DNA from: Anthoceros angustus
Lineage: Eukaryota > Plantae > Anthocerotophyta
Assembly: GCA_010909165.1 (NCBI GenBank)
Contig: MU008195.1
Location: forward strand, 62,001 to 126,000
DNA length: 64,000 nt
Direction: 5' to 3'
The translations under genes and the position numbers were made by a program. Below the pieces are notes generated by a model. The model was not told where the DNA came from and searched no databases. It saw nothing but the letters and a program-made list of their open reading frames with translations. Below are positions 50,071 through 62,580 of this stretch, in pieces. How positions within the stretch are numbered: position 1 is the stretch's first letter; each line of letters starts with the position of its first letter.

Positions 50071-51793
50071 AAAGTGGTTTAGTTATGAAGCTTAATCTGA
50101 ACAGACACTGACACTGACACCGATTCGATGAACACACACACCTCTTCACGAGATAGGCATCCTCGATGGCTTCTCATAATGCTGATATATAAAAAAAAAC
50201 ATTCTGCAATTTTGTGAGAGTCTTCGCATGTGTGCTCCCCATGACGATTATGCACACCGGGTGTTGATTGGCTTAAGAGGCTCGAGTTTGAACCTTTTAG
50301 ACTCTCGGCTTGGCCAACTCCCAACTCCCAGCTTCCCCTCTCTCACCTTCCCTCCAACCACCTCATCCGTAAGAACCCCAAATTGAGATACCTTCATCTC
50401 ACTCGGTCCCCTGTTTCATCCGTCCCTCCCCTCAAGACCAGACTCCGTTTTTACAATGAGGAGTTTCGTATCAATCATGCTTTTGGTTTGCCAACACTCC
50501 TACAATACCTCAGTCCTCCTCTCTCCTTCAAACTCCATACATTCATTGGTTAATTGCGTGTTAGCTCGCATCACCTCCGGATCGAGACGAACCGTTGCCC
50601 GCGCCTCCTCATTTGCAACCTCTGCTCCCTTGACCCATAATGTGAAATGCACTTCCTATTCTATTGTCCCACTTATACTGACATTTGGGCTCGATACGCT
50701 CTTCTTTTTTAGTGTGCTGGTTTTCCCTTCCGTGGGTTTTTCCTCTTTCCATATCCCGTAGCTCTCCGGCCTTTGTCTTTCTGAACTTCTTCATCTTCGA
50801 CATACCTTGTTGGACTACTTATAGCTTATGCCTCTTTCTTCATCTCGTATAACTTTAACCTCTTTTTATCTCAAACAATTATTATATCTCTATTTCGCAC
50901 GGACGCATGTGCACTATGCTTTTTACCTCAACGTGGGTCTCATGATGATCTTCCCACCCTTAGCGAACATAGGAGGTAGTGCAAGGCATTTTGCGATGTC
51001 AAAAATTGTTTCGTTCTGGCAAGATTCCGAAAAACGTTCTCCCCTCCCCGCACAGCGCACACCGCTTGGCAGCGGGCATGGCACGGTCAGCGAAAATATC
51101 GCGCGGTTATCGATACCGACGCGTCCAGAGTGGCGCGCGGCAATTCGCACGTGCGGATTATCGATGTCTTGCTTCCGAGATGGAAGGTCACGAGGGCGTC
51201 TTGGAAAGTTGGAGGGTGAGAGCCAGGGGAGCGAAACGACGCGGAGCTCTACGAGTCTACGAATCTACAGACAGTATGTATGTACATATGTACATACATC
51301 GTGAAACTTGACAGAAGGAAGGAGGAAATGGGGGATGGTTTGTCGTGGAGTGACGCAGGCAGTGCGTGTACATATATGTACCCTAATCAGCATTCTGAGG
51401 GCGTTTACGGCCCAGCCCGCTTTGTGAGTGACCGTGAAGGGTGTGGTTACGGGTAGGATCTCGGTCTGTTGGATTGGTCCATGGTCCAATCGAGGATGGG
51501 GTTACAGCACCGGGTGTGAGTGAGATCGGACGCTTCAGTCAGAGGAGGCGGGCCGCCACTAGATTCGAGTTCAAGGTTTCTGTCGTCGCCCTGTCCGACC
51601 GGGGGGGACAGGTAGTCCGCGCCCTTCCCAACCGCACTGCACTGCACTGCCTGTGGCGGAGATGGGACTCACGGGTGAGGGTGCAGTCGAACCGCCTGTT
51701 CCCTTGTGTTGGATTGTTTTCCCAGTCCCGGCTGCAGATGGGTCAGAGGGACAGATTCTTGTGTGTAGATAGATCGTGAAGCTTTGGGAGGTC

Positions 51794-54700
51794 ATGGCGG
51801 AGGGCAGGTCCCGGAGTGTTTCGGCATCGCCGGGCTCGCAGGATCTGGATGGGGACATGGAGATTGCCTTGAGAAGGCTGCTGGTGGAGCTGGACAGCAA
51901 CACGCTCAGGTCGCTCACCCACAGAGAGCTCAGAGATCGGATGTGGGGGGCGCCGGATCCCAGCAACAGAGTGGCCTCGGGGCTGAGGCTGAGGGTGATG
52001 AGAGGCATAGGTGGAAGTGAGTCGCTCGTCAAGGTCACTCTGCTTCGCCTGGAGATGACTGCAGTCGAGGTTGCAGAGCTGTGTCAGGCACTCAAACCTA
52101 ACAGGGTGATCGAACGCCTGGCTGTGAGCAAGATCCCGGAGTTCGGCTTCCTCCAAGGATGTGAGCAAGTGGCAGAGATGCTGACCGAGAACCGTTCCCT
52201 CAGGGAGTTGGAGCTGAGAGGAACAGGTATGGATTCCCAGGGATTTCAAAGGATCGCCAGCGCTCTGCGGCAGCGGCATGCTTCACTGGATTGGTTGAAT
52301 GTGAGTGACAATGAAGAGCTGGGTGATGGAGGAGCAGGGATCATGGCCGAGGCTCTGCAGGACGTGGCTCTCAAGTCCCTGCACATGTCCAGAACTGGGA
52401 TGACACGGAGTGGAGTGACCGTCCTTGCCGCTGCCTTGTCCAGGAATTCGTGTATGGAAGAGTTGAATCTGTCAAACAACGGCTTGGGTAGTTCAGGAGT
52501 GACGGCCTTGTTAGAAGCTTTCAGGCCTAGGGGGGTCCGACCGAGATCAGCGGATGCAAGCACAGGGGGCAGCAGCACCAAGAGCTGCTGTGTGAAGAAG
52601 CTGCACGTTGCTACGTGGGAGTCTGTGAGAGGATGTGGTCAGGCTGTGGCAGACGTGCTGCAGGGTACAAGCTTGCTCACCGTGCTCAACCTTGCCGGCT
52701 TTGATCTTTCCCGAAGGGAGTGGATCCAAGTCTTCCAGTCGCTCAAGAACAACTCCACTCTTCAGACACTCATCCTGAAAGGGTGCAGCACAGTTGGAGG
52801 TGACAGTGTCTACTACTCTCTCATGGCCCTGCTGGAGAACAACACATGCCTGAGGAAGATCGAGTTGGAAGGCACCGACCTGCATTCCTCTGGCAAGGCT
52901 GAGGCCGTCAGAGAAAAGCTGCGAATGAATGGACAAGCGTATGTGGCCGTGCTGAAAGAGCTGGATCACGAGAAGCCCAAGTCCGCTCGCATTTTCCTCT
53001 GCGGCTACCCTTATGCAGGCAAGCTTCTCTCCCTTCCTTCCTCCAACATGTGCACTGGAACTCCTGAGACTCTTGTTCCTGTGTGTGTTGAAAATTCCTT
53101 TCTGCTGTACCAGGCAAGACAGCCTTGAGAACGTCAATGAAGCGGGCCGAAAGGAGGCTGGCGCTAACAGCTGCTCTGCACAGCAAGTTCCTGGCAGACA
53201 TGTGTGTCACCTTCCAGGAGCTTCTCACCCATCAGCTCCACTCTTGCAGAAGATGGTTCGACGAGAACGAGATAGCACAGCGGACCAGGGGCATAGAGAT
53301 AGAGGTCCTGAAGGACGACGCGGATGACCTGCGGGTAACTGTGTGGGATCTTGCTGGACAGGAGGAGTTCCACTCGTTGCAGGACTGCATGTTCCCGGAT
53401 GTCCACAGCGCCTGCGTATTCATCTTCGTCTTCAGCGCGGTGCATCGCAAGACGGGGCAGGTGAAGGAGAGCACGGCGCTGAGGAAGGAGAGCACGGCGC
53501 TGAGGCAGGAGCTGCAATACTGGCTCAAGTTCATCGCCTCCACCTCCAGAAGATCGTCTGCAAAGGAAACTCCCAAGGTCATCGTAGTGATCACCCACCG
53601 GGACAAGGCTCCCGAACTGCCTCTGGGGAACTGCATGACCGTCATCAAGCAGCTGGGGAATGACTTCAAGGGCTTCGTCGATGTGGATACCCTCATCCAC
53701 AGCGTGGACGCCACGGCGTACCAGGACGCCGAACCCGTCCTGAAGCGTGCCTTCCTGAAACTCCGGGAGCTGGTCACGGACAAGCAGGTTCCCAAGGCCT
53801 GCGACCAGTTGCGGCTCCTGGTGCAAGACTGGATCTCGGAGCACCCGAACCGGCCTACCATGTCCTCGAACGACTTCTTCTCCCTGTGCAAGCAGATCAA
53901 GAGCCTGAAGGACATGCCGGATCTGCCTCCGGACACCATGGTCACCCGCCGCAAAGCCGTTGCATCCTACCTCCACAACGCCGGCGAGATCATTTACTTC
54001 GAGGAGCTGGACTTCGTGGTCGTGAACCCGCACTGGTTCTGCCACGGCATCCTCGGGCAGCTCATCAAGATCGGCACCTCCAGCCGCCCCGCCAACCCCT
54101 CCGACGCCGGCTTTATGACCAGAGAGCAGCTGCACCGGCTTCTGGTGCAGAGCTTCCCCAGCTCCACCCGCAGGCCCTCCTCGTACTGCTTCCAGGGCTG
54201 CCAGCCCGCAAATCCGCTGGTGGAAGTCCAGGACCTCATCAAGCTCATGCTCAAGATCGAACTATGCTACGAAATCGAGCCGGGAAACCCCGACGCCGGC
54301 TTCTTCATCCCCGCCATCCTCGACGACGCCGACAACGCACCCGCTGCCGCCAGAGGCGAAAGACAGCTCCACTGGCCTGACGCTGGCGCCGCCTCCTCCT
54401 CCTCCTCCTTCCTCGGCCGCCGGCTCGAATGCGACGAACGCCACCGCACCTTCCTCACTCCAGGCTTCTTCCCCAGGCTCCAGGTCTGCGCCGCTTCGGT
54501 TTCCGCCATCTCCTCCCTTCCTTCTCCTCGTTCTTGGATGCATTTCTTCTTGCACGAGGTGCCTGGACTCACCGTGCTCCTCCTTCTCCAGGTGATTCTT
54601 CGAAAGCAATACCTAAGCAGGAAATGGAGCGGGGCCTACTCCATCCAGCGCAACCTCATCACGGTCTCCCACGCCGGGATCGACATCCTGGTGGAGCACA

Positions 54701-55893
54701 GCGGCAGCATCGGCTACTTCGTGGACGTCCTGGTGCGCTCGAAGCCGCCCGTCTCGCAGGAGGAGACGCTGCGATTCGTGCAGGAGAATGTGGTGAACGT
54801 GATACGCGAATTCTGCGCCTCGCACATGGGGTGCCAGGGAGTGAACCTGGTGGAAGCGGCGATCCGGTCCGAGTGCGTGAGCGGGCTGACTGTGTGCCGC
54901 CATCGCCAGGCCGCGCGAGTGGAGACGCTCAAGGAGCGGCTGCAGCGGTCGCAGCAGACGGGGTTCCAGCACAGCTGGTCGGTGGACGTGGCGGGCCACC
55001 TCAGCGCCAACATGGAGCCGGTGGTGGACCTGCTGGGGCCGGTGGACGCCAAGGACGCGCTGCTGCACCGGCCGCTGCGGGCCCTGCAGAGCGTGGCGGC
55101 CGCGCTGGCGCCCGCCGCGGCGGATGATTCGCCGGAGCCGGCGATTCTGTTGCGCCGGGTCCTGACCAAGCTCGACTCCATCGGGCGAAAGGTGGAAACC
55201 CTGGACTCCTTCATGGCCGCGCTGCAGGCCATGCAGTCCGACATGCTGCGCGAGCTGGTGCCGCGGCTGGACGATATCCTGGGTTTCGCCGTGGAGGCGA
55301 AACAGCGCGACTTTCCCCGCCTCCTCTTCCTCACCGAGCCCACCGAGAGCTTCCGGCGGAAGCTTATCGCCAAGCTGGTGCCCGGGCGGCACCAGCGGGT
55401 GACGCTCAACTTCATGTGCGAGCACCGGGAATGCCCTCACGTGGTGCCCGGGGCACCGGGCGTGTCGGTCACGGTCCGCGACCAGCTGGCGCGTGACGTG
55501 GAGCGGTTTTTGCGGCCTACCTTGAAGCTGCTGTCGCTCTTGGTGCGCGTGGCAGCCCACGTCGGGGCGGGGATCGGGAACGCAATACCGGACTTCTCCA
55601 ATCTGCCGGAGGCGTTGGGGCTGACGCTGGGTGGGTTGGTGGTGGAGGAGGTGGTCCCCGACGTGGGGGGTGACGACGGCACGGACCCCACGTCGACTCT
55701 GGCCGAGAGTAACACATTGCTGACATTGCTCAAGGGCCAGGACATAGCAGAGAAGTTCATGCTGCACCAGGTGCGGTATAAGAGGAGCGAGAACAGGGAG
55801 GCACACATTGCATGGATCTGCAGCCAGCATAGGGACGAGGGGCAGAAAGACCAGACCCTGGATTATCTTGCTCCCACCTTCCTCACTATGTAA
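51794..55893 (+). CDS. TORNADO1-like LRR-Roc-COR (ROCO) protein, about 1300 aa
   Basis: RNI-type LRRs, spliced P-loop GYPYAG|KT, RTRGIEI, VWDLAGQEEFHSLQDCMFP, YWLKFIAS, PHWFC and PGFFPRLQ|V. Introns 53019-53113 (GC-AG) and probably 54484-54591. Start codon and orthology to TRN1 are uncertain. Confidence 0.85.
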
Positions 55894-55967
55894 TCCGCAA
55901 CTTGCACAATGTCAGGAACGACAGGACGTACGTCTCTTGGGGCTGTGTCTGGCCAAAGGCCGGCCTG

Positions 55968-58358
55968 TCACAAATTGGGGTACATTTTCTGGGGAAGCTC
56001 GAAATCCTCCGGGTCGTACCGTGCTCGGCTTTGTCCAATCTGAGTGAAGCCCCGGACAACATTGTGGTTAGAGAAGAATACTGGAAAAGGGAGCGGTGTT
56101 GCTGCCCAGAAGGTGACATCGGGTGAAATGGCATTACCTTGCTTAAGTAAGCGTGGTCGCAAGAGATTTGCTCATCCACGGATGTCAGCTTCTTGGCTAA
56201 GCGAATAACCCTGCCAAAACATTTCCTTTCGAGTAACAACAATTGCCGGAAGTGGGCAGAGACAAAAAGAAAGTACGGGGGAGAGCTCACTGGTGAATCT
56301 CTACGTCGAGTCGTTCTGTCATGCCCTGCGTGTTGTATTGTTCGGGGTCTTCCAGGAAGCTGACCATTCCGTCTTTTTGATTGATGGTGGCAAAGATGTC
56401 TCCGTCTTGTATCTGCCATGGATGAGGAAGACTTTTACATTATCAAGTACATGAAATGCTTGAGACACCATGTCAGTTTGGGTTTGAGGTTAAGAATGAC
56501 CATTCTCAGAACATGTAGCTCAGCTTCCCTTGGGCCTTCCAGCTGCACAGTGTCCGCAATGTCTTGGAGTGACAAGGTCAAGTACGTCTGCGTCAGGCGG
56601 TGGATGTTCCGCTTGTAGATGGATGATACTACTTGCTTTGCCAGACCCAAGTTGTTGTCCTGAAAGAATATTGAGGTCAGCAAAAGGTTGACGCACAGAA
56701 TTTTATCACGGGAAATAGCTGTGAGCCTTGCAAGAAAGTTTAGGAATGAGATGAACCTTTTTGAAAGCATCCTCGTGGTTGGAGACAGAGCGTGTGATAT
56801 CTGCAATGTTCCGGCTGGTGTAAAGGTTCGCCAAGTCGACGTACTCCTGCAACCAGCAAGAATGGATGTGGTTATAGCTGAGTCCAGTACGAGTTGCAGC
56901 TTCCCATTAAGAAGATGCCTTACCTGAGCATAAGATCTTAGGCTCCTCTGGACAACTGATGGTGTGTATTTAGGAAAGGGCGGGAGCTGCAAACCAATTC
57001 GGAAGGTTATTCATGAAAAGCGGACCTGTTGCTTCCAGCACACAAGAAACTCCAACAGCAGATGTTTAGAATGCTGTACCTGCCCATTTTGGATGAGGCA
57101 AACGAGCACAAACTTCTTGAAAGCTGCAATTGTGATTGCGTTCAGGCTTACTGCAGGAGCTGTTATTGCCTGAGTGGCAGTCAAGGAAAAGGAACAGGTC
57201 AGAGAACTACGCTAGAACTGAAATAGCGTTCGCCTTGAAAGACCCCATGTGATGACACTTTAAGCCCACTCTAGAAGGATAGGGTAGTACATGCTGTAAG
57301 AATTCCAATGCCTTCCCAAACCGCTTCAAGCCAATGTAGATCATTCCACTGCAGCAACAAAAACTTGGTCAGAAACGCTAGCAGGAAAATGGCCAACTCG
57401 AGCAGACATGCGTTTGGCCAAAACAAACCTCCCAAGACAGACAAGAGGTCAGTATAGCTAGTTCACCAGAGCAACGTACCCATAGTAGCAGTACAAAAGA
57501 AAATCACGGAGCAAAAGCCCCGTCTTTTTCTGGTCAATTTCAAAGATGTCATCCTCCAAAAGAGCAAGGCCCGCCTTGTAGCATTTCGAACTTATACAGA
57601 CAAGCAGAAACTCGGCATGAAGAGGAGTCAAGAACTCAGACGACGGCTGCAACTTGTGGACGGCTGTTCTCAAAGGCAGGATTGCTCGAGCCGGCTCATG
57701 GAACTGCAGGGCAAGGTCCTTCAATTTCCTGCACAAGCTGTTGACTGCACAGCAGAGAGTCAAGGCTCCAGAACAACCTGCACAAGGCCCCTGACAGCAA
57801 TCCCAAAACGTCAACCACAAGAAGCAGAGAGATGTGCCATTACACTTGTCAGGAGCCAACCGTATCTGCTCTGCACTGCACACGTTAATAAACCCCTCAG
57901 TGCTGTTCAAAAATGCTTCTGCTTGCTCCCTCGACAGACTCGACGCTGGCTGTGCTTCTCTGACCCACGCAACAAATGCCCAAATCAGGTCAGGGGCACC
58001 ATACTACCCAACACCCGAACATTTCGAGCTTGCTGTCACCTCCCTTCAAACAACAACACCGAGCTTTCCACTTCCATCCCTACCGTCTCAGGTGGGAAAA
58101 ATGCATTCAGCTACGAGCTAGCACAGGAGTTAAACACTGAACCAAAGTTTTGAGCTGCCTTGCAGATCCGTACAGGATGTAGAGGTATCCGAGGGAGTGC
58201 TTGGCCGGGTCCAACTGGTGCACGGCGCCGGCGAGGCGAGCAGCATGCAGTCGCAGTACCTCCTCGCTCTGCTTCAGCAAGCCTTGCAGATGCGTGATGT
58301 CATCGCCGCTTCCAGACAGCCCCTGCACATGCGCAACCAGGGTCTCCAGAGAATCCAT
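55968..58358 (-). CDS. CSN3: COP9 signalosome subunit 3, multi-exon
   Basis: [16 protein letters not shown]...[57 protein letters not shown] (PCI domain) and the ARYDPEDF C-terminus. Confidence 0.94.
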
Positions 58359-58735
58359 CCTCCCCCGCCTCGCACCACCTACATCCAGCTCTACGCGTTT
58401 CAACACATGATGCGATCAACCACGAATTTCTCAAGTATTGCTCCAGGATTATGTCTGTACGAACATGTCGCATGCTTTAGGTCTTGGCGCTTGGAGTGGT
58501 GAGCCTGAAGCCGAGAGTCACGGCGACCTATAATTATACGTCCCAAAATTACGCGATGCCGGGCCAGAGGTTGATTTTCTCCTTGACGGCCCGCGTGCCA
58601 TCTGCCGTAGCCTGATGCATCGGGAGACCTTGGCTTGGCTTGCAAGCGCGTTTTGATCTCCCCTTTCTGCGTCGATTGTCTTGCGTGTTTGCGGGGGCAA
58701 GGTTTGGAGCAGGGCCAGGAAAAGGAGGCGGCAGC

Positions 58736-59507
58736 ATGGCCAACACGGGATTGGAGTACCTTGTTGATCGTGTGTTCCTGCTCTCAACTTTCAGGCCTTG
58801 TGGCCAGTTATGAGCTGAAAATTTTGTTTCGGTTGCATTGATGAGGTGTTGTTGTGGGCATTCCGAAGAGCGGGACTGACCTTTGTGTCTCTGCGCATGC
58901 AGAAACGATATCCGTTATCACTAACGACGGTCGCAACATCGTGGTCTGTGTCTTCCTCTCACCGAAGCTGGATGTCGTGATGTGAGCGTTTCCTGTGCGG
59001 TGGCTGTGGAATTACAGCGGGTTTGTCGTGGTGGCAGGGAGTCTTGAGAGGATTTGATCAAGCTACAAATCTCATTCTGGACGAGTCTCATGAACGGGTA
59101 TACTCCACCAAGGTACAAGTTTCTGGTTCTGCTTTTGAACCTGATTTTGAGCTGTGCTTCTAGGGATTGTCCCGCATTAAGAGCAAGGTAGTTTTTGAAT
59201 TTAACTCTCAAGTTGTTGTGATGAATTTTTGCAATCTTTTCTTGCCAATGTAATTTGCATGGTCCAACGCAGGATGGGGTACAGCAGTTGGTGCTAGGTC
59301 TCTACATCATCCGTGGAGATAATATGTGAGCTGTTGTTCCCGTTTGTTGATACCGTCCTCACTTGTCTCCAAACTTTTAGAAAGTGATCCAATCCAATAC
59401 GTTTTGTGAAATACAGAGGAGTCATAGGGGAGCTGGACGAAGAGCTGGACTCAAATTTAGACCTGAGTTCGCTGCGAGCTCATCCTTTGAAACCGGTGCA
59501 ACACTAG
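58736..59507 (+). CDS. LSM8: Sm-like protein LSM8, five exons, 97 aa
   Basis: Exons 58736-58769, 58903-58943, 59038-59112, 59273-59325 and 59417-59507 give MANTGLEYLVDQTISVITNDGRNIVGVLRGFDQATNLILDESHERVYSTKDGVQQLVLGLYIIRGDNIGVIGELDEELD...HPLKPVQH*. Not in the ORF track. Confidence 0.95.
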
Positions 59508-60434
59508 CATGTCCTTCCTTGAGTGAATTCTTGAAAGACGAAAGGCTTTCATCCCTTTTAGGAATGCCTGAAATAGAACTGTTCTCCGGTGCAAACGTTT
59601 TGGAGCGCCTGGATCCGGCTTCCAGATTCCCCGAAGACACGTTATTGGAACCACTCGCACATTTCACAAAGGGTTTGCAATGGGGATATAGTTTTTTAGT
59701 CTTGGTACCTGTAATGGCCCCTAAATACTCGTTCGTCAGTGCATTGATGAACATGTCGGATGGGACGCTTCACGGGATTCTGATGAGTACCTACGACGGG
59801 TCCTTAACAGTGGGTAGCCGTGATCACGTAACGCGGGAATTCCGGTCGATGAAAAATACACCCAGCCTAATGAATATTGCAAAGCACGTTAGGCACTGAA
59901 GCATTCAAGTAAGAAACTAGAGGGCAGACAGCAGCAGCTCACTCAGAGGGGCGCCATATTTTGTAAACAGGACCATGCACCACACAAACACGCGTCCAAG
60001 ATCTCGGGTAGGTACTATCGCGGGGCTCGGTCCTTCATGAAGGACCGGACCCTGATGCCGTGCCTGAGGTGCTATCGTTTCATCAAGGGCCCCGATGCGG
60101 ACTCTGTTTTTCAGCCCTCCAGGGATCTGCAATTCCAATCTCCAAACAACCTCCACTCAGGTCCCCTATTTGGAGGACGTGCTTCATTCCACAACCCCTC
60201 TACCCTACCAGGAGTTGAGTATGTACGCTCCTGCAAGAGGTTGACACCCTGACTGACCAGGCCACCACATGTGTCACCCTGCTCATGGGGCAAACCCATG
60301 GGTATGGAGATATCGTTCCCACATGGAATCTGAACTCATCATGGCCTAACAACACTTCTTCGAGATGTTCTTCTCAAATCCACCAACGGGTTAGATAAAA
60401 AAAACCTGAGTGATACCAAAGACGTGTTCACCCC

Positions 60435-61760
60435 TCAAAGGAGAACCAGCCCTAATTCAGTCGGCTTCACTTGACCCCTGACACGGTAGTTGTACAGATA
60501 GTAGTGAAGGTGACCATCCCCAGGCCCAAACTTCAACTCCTTCAAGAACGTCTCATTGTGCATGATGTCAAGGGCATTGAAAACGTCATAGTCGAGTCGT
60601 TTGGCCATGATCAGAGCATCATTCATGAGTTGTAGAAGCGGAGTAACTGTGGCAACATTGTAATAGGAGTAAGCTGCCTTTAATGCCGAATAGTTCTCGT
60701 TGCCTATGATCGTAGAGGGCAACGTGTAGAAACTGCAAAAGTCTGTGAGCTCATGGGTCTGAGGGTTCTCCACAACATAGCTGTTCACAACATTTTCCAC
60801 CGGAAGAAGCCAGTATTCGACATCATCCTTGGAAAAGGAAGGTGCAACTACAAACCGGCCCAGGTAATCCTGCAAAAGCTTCGTAACCCCTGCAACATCT
60901 TTCCTCTCCATAGCCCGGAACCCTGGGGTGGCCGTGGCCTCTGGCAGGCGATACAACTTGATGGTTCTACTCATCGTCATCCTCGGAGCCAGCCTCGAAA
61001 ACCCGACATCAATCAGCTTCTTGGGATTCAAAGACCTATGCCAGTACTGGCAGGTGGCAATCGGGGTGGGCAGCACAACTCCAGCCGTGTAGGCAGCCTG
61101 CCACATATTCTCTAAATGCACTCTTCTGGTCACCTCCTTGATCAGCACAGGAGCCAGCCTTTTCGATCTCAGCTTCTTGTGCACACACAAAAAGTTGATC
61201 TCCGCCATCAACACCACTACGTCCCGAATCCGGATATGAGCCGGAATGCCTGTGATGAACGCAACCAGCTTCTTAGACCCCTTGGCCCTAACCCCTATGT
61301 GCCAGTTGGTGAAGTAACCAGGAGGTCTCAGCGCCCAGCGCAGAAAATCCACGGAATAATCAAATCTGAACATGTTGTCATCATCCTCCACATAGTTATT
61401 CGTCAGCAGAGTGTAGATCTCCTTCACAGTGCCATCATCCGAAATGTCGCATGTGCACCACTCGTACTTGCTGGGAAGATTGTAGGGCTCCTGCCGCACC
61501 TCCGACACCTCCTGCGGGGGCTCAATTGGCCCCTCTGACAGTTCCGTCTTCGCTATGTCCTTGTACTGCCCAACAGGCTGAGTCTCCCAAAACATATGCC
61601 TCTTCTCCAACGTCAACGCCTTCTGCGCCTTCTTGCTCAACATCTCCACAGCTCCCCTCCCGACGTGCCCTGCATCCCCGTTCCCCGACACCGACTCCTC
61701 CTCCCCGTTCCCTGCCCCGGGGCTCGAAGACAATGCCTGCGTAGGCTTCTTTCCTGCCAT
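60435..61760 (-). CDS. NMT1: Glycylpeptide N-tetradecanoyltransferase (N-myristoyltransferase), single-exon CDS
   Basis: HMFWETQPV, NYVEDDDNMFRFDYS, EINFLCVHKKLRSKRLAPVLIKEVTRR and KFGPGDGHLHYYLYN. Confidence 0.96.
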   Translation of the reverse strand: MAGKKPTQALSSSPGAGNGEEESVSGNGDAGHVGRGAVEMLSKKAQKALTLEKRHMFWETQPVGQYKDIAKTELSEGPIEPPQEVSEVRQEPYNLPSKYEWCTCDISDDGTVKEIYTLLTNNYVEDDDNMFRFDYSVDFLRWALRPPGYFTNWHIGVRAKGSKKLVAFITGIPAHIRIRDVVVLMAEINFLCVHKKLRSKRLAPVLIKEVTRRVHLENMWQAAYTAGVVLPTPIATCQYWHRSLNPKKLIDVGFSRLAPRMTMSRTIKLYRLPEATATPGFRAMERKDVAGVTKLLQDYLGRFVVAPSFSKDDVEYWLLPVENVVNSYVVENPQTHELTDFCSFYTLPSTIIGNENYSALKAAYSYYNVATVTPLLQLMNDALIMAKRLDYDVFNALDIMHNETFLKELKFGPGDGHLHYYLYNYRVRGQVKPTELGLVLL

Positions 61761-62580
61761 CGCTACCAAATCTCTGCCTCACTCTCCCCCCCGTTCCTCC
61801 TCCTGCGCCGTCCTGATCACAAATCCATCCACACCCTTTCTCAGAAACAAAACCTACAACACAGCAGCCAACAGGCACGAATTATTTACTCATTGGCAAT
61901 TCCATCTCCAAACCAGCCAAAACCTCACCACACAAACAGACAAACGACAAAACCACTTCCAAGCACACAGTCAGTCCCGATCCAGAGGGGCAGGAGTTCT
62001 ACGAGAAAAACCTTAGCCCCGAGCGTGAAAACCAAGAAGCGACGCTGATCTCTCCCTACGGACGCGCATTCGCAGAACAAAGCAAAGCAAGAACTTGCTA
62101 GCGCAACCTCGAGCTTGCCATGAGATCTACCACGCGCCGCGCTAAAGGGCAGAGGGCAGCGGGGCAGAAAAATAAATTTCCCTCTTTCCCTTGCTGCCAG
62201 GTGAAATTTTCCTTGGCGATCTGGAGCAGCGGGGGCAGAATCACGGACATGCCGGGTCGTGGTCTCGAATTGGGCTGAGGTCCCGATGCCACGCCCGCGA
62301 TCTACGAATAGGCCGGCAGGAACGCGCTCGCCCCCTCTCGCCGCTTGACCTAACGGGGCCCACGTAACAGCTGCTGCCGTGACAAGCTGTTAAGGCATCT
62401 CCCCCCTAGCACATCGCGAGTACCATCCGACCATTCTTCTCTCCAGCGGGTCACTCCCAGGCACAGTGCGGTTTATATCGGGGTTTACGTGTGTAATCAG
62501 ATCACGACATTGCTGGTCTCTGCTGGTGTAGGTGTATGACACTGTGGGCTTTCGCTCCCTGCAGTCTTGCAATTCCCACA

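Noticed and set aside
53164-55830. Long minus-strand ORFs (323, 405, 233 aa) over the ROCO gene
   Set aside because: Shadow ORFs caused by high GC3, with no recognisable motifs.
59384-59899. 171-aa plus and 110-aa minus ORFs between LSM8 and NMT
   Set aside because: They overlap the last LSM8 exon out of frame or antisense and lie in 3' UTR space, with no motifs.
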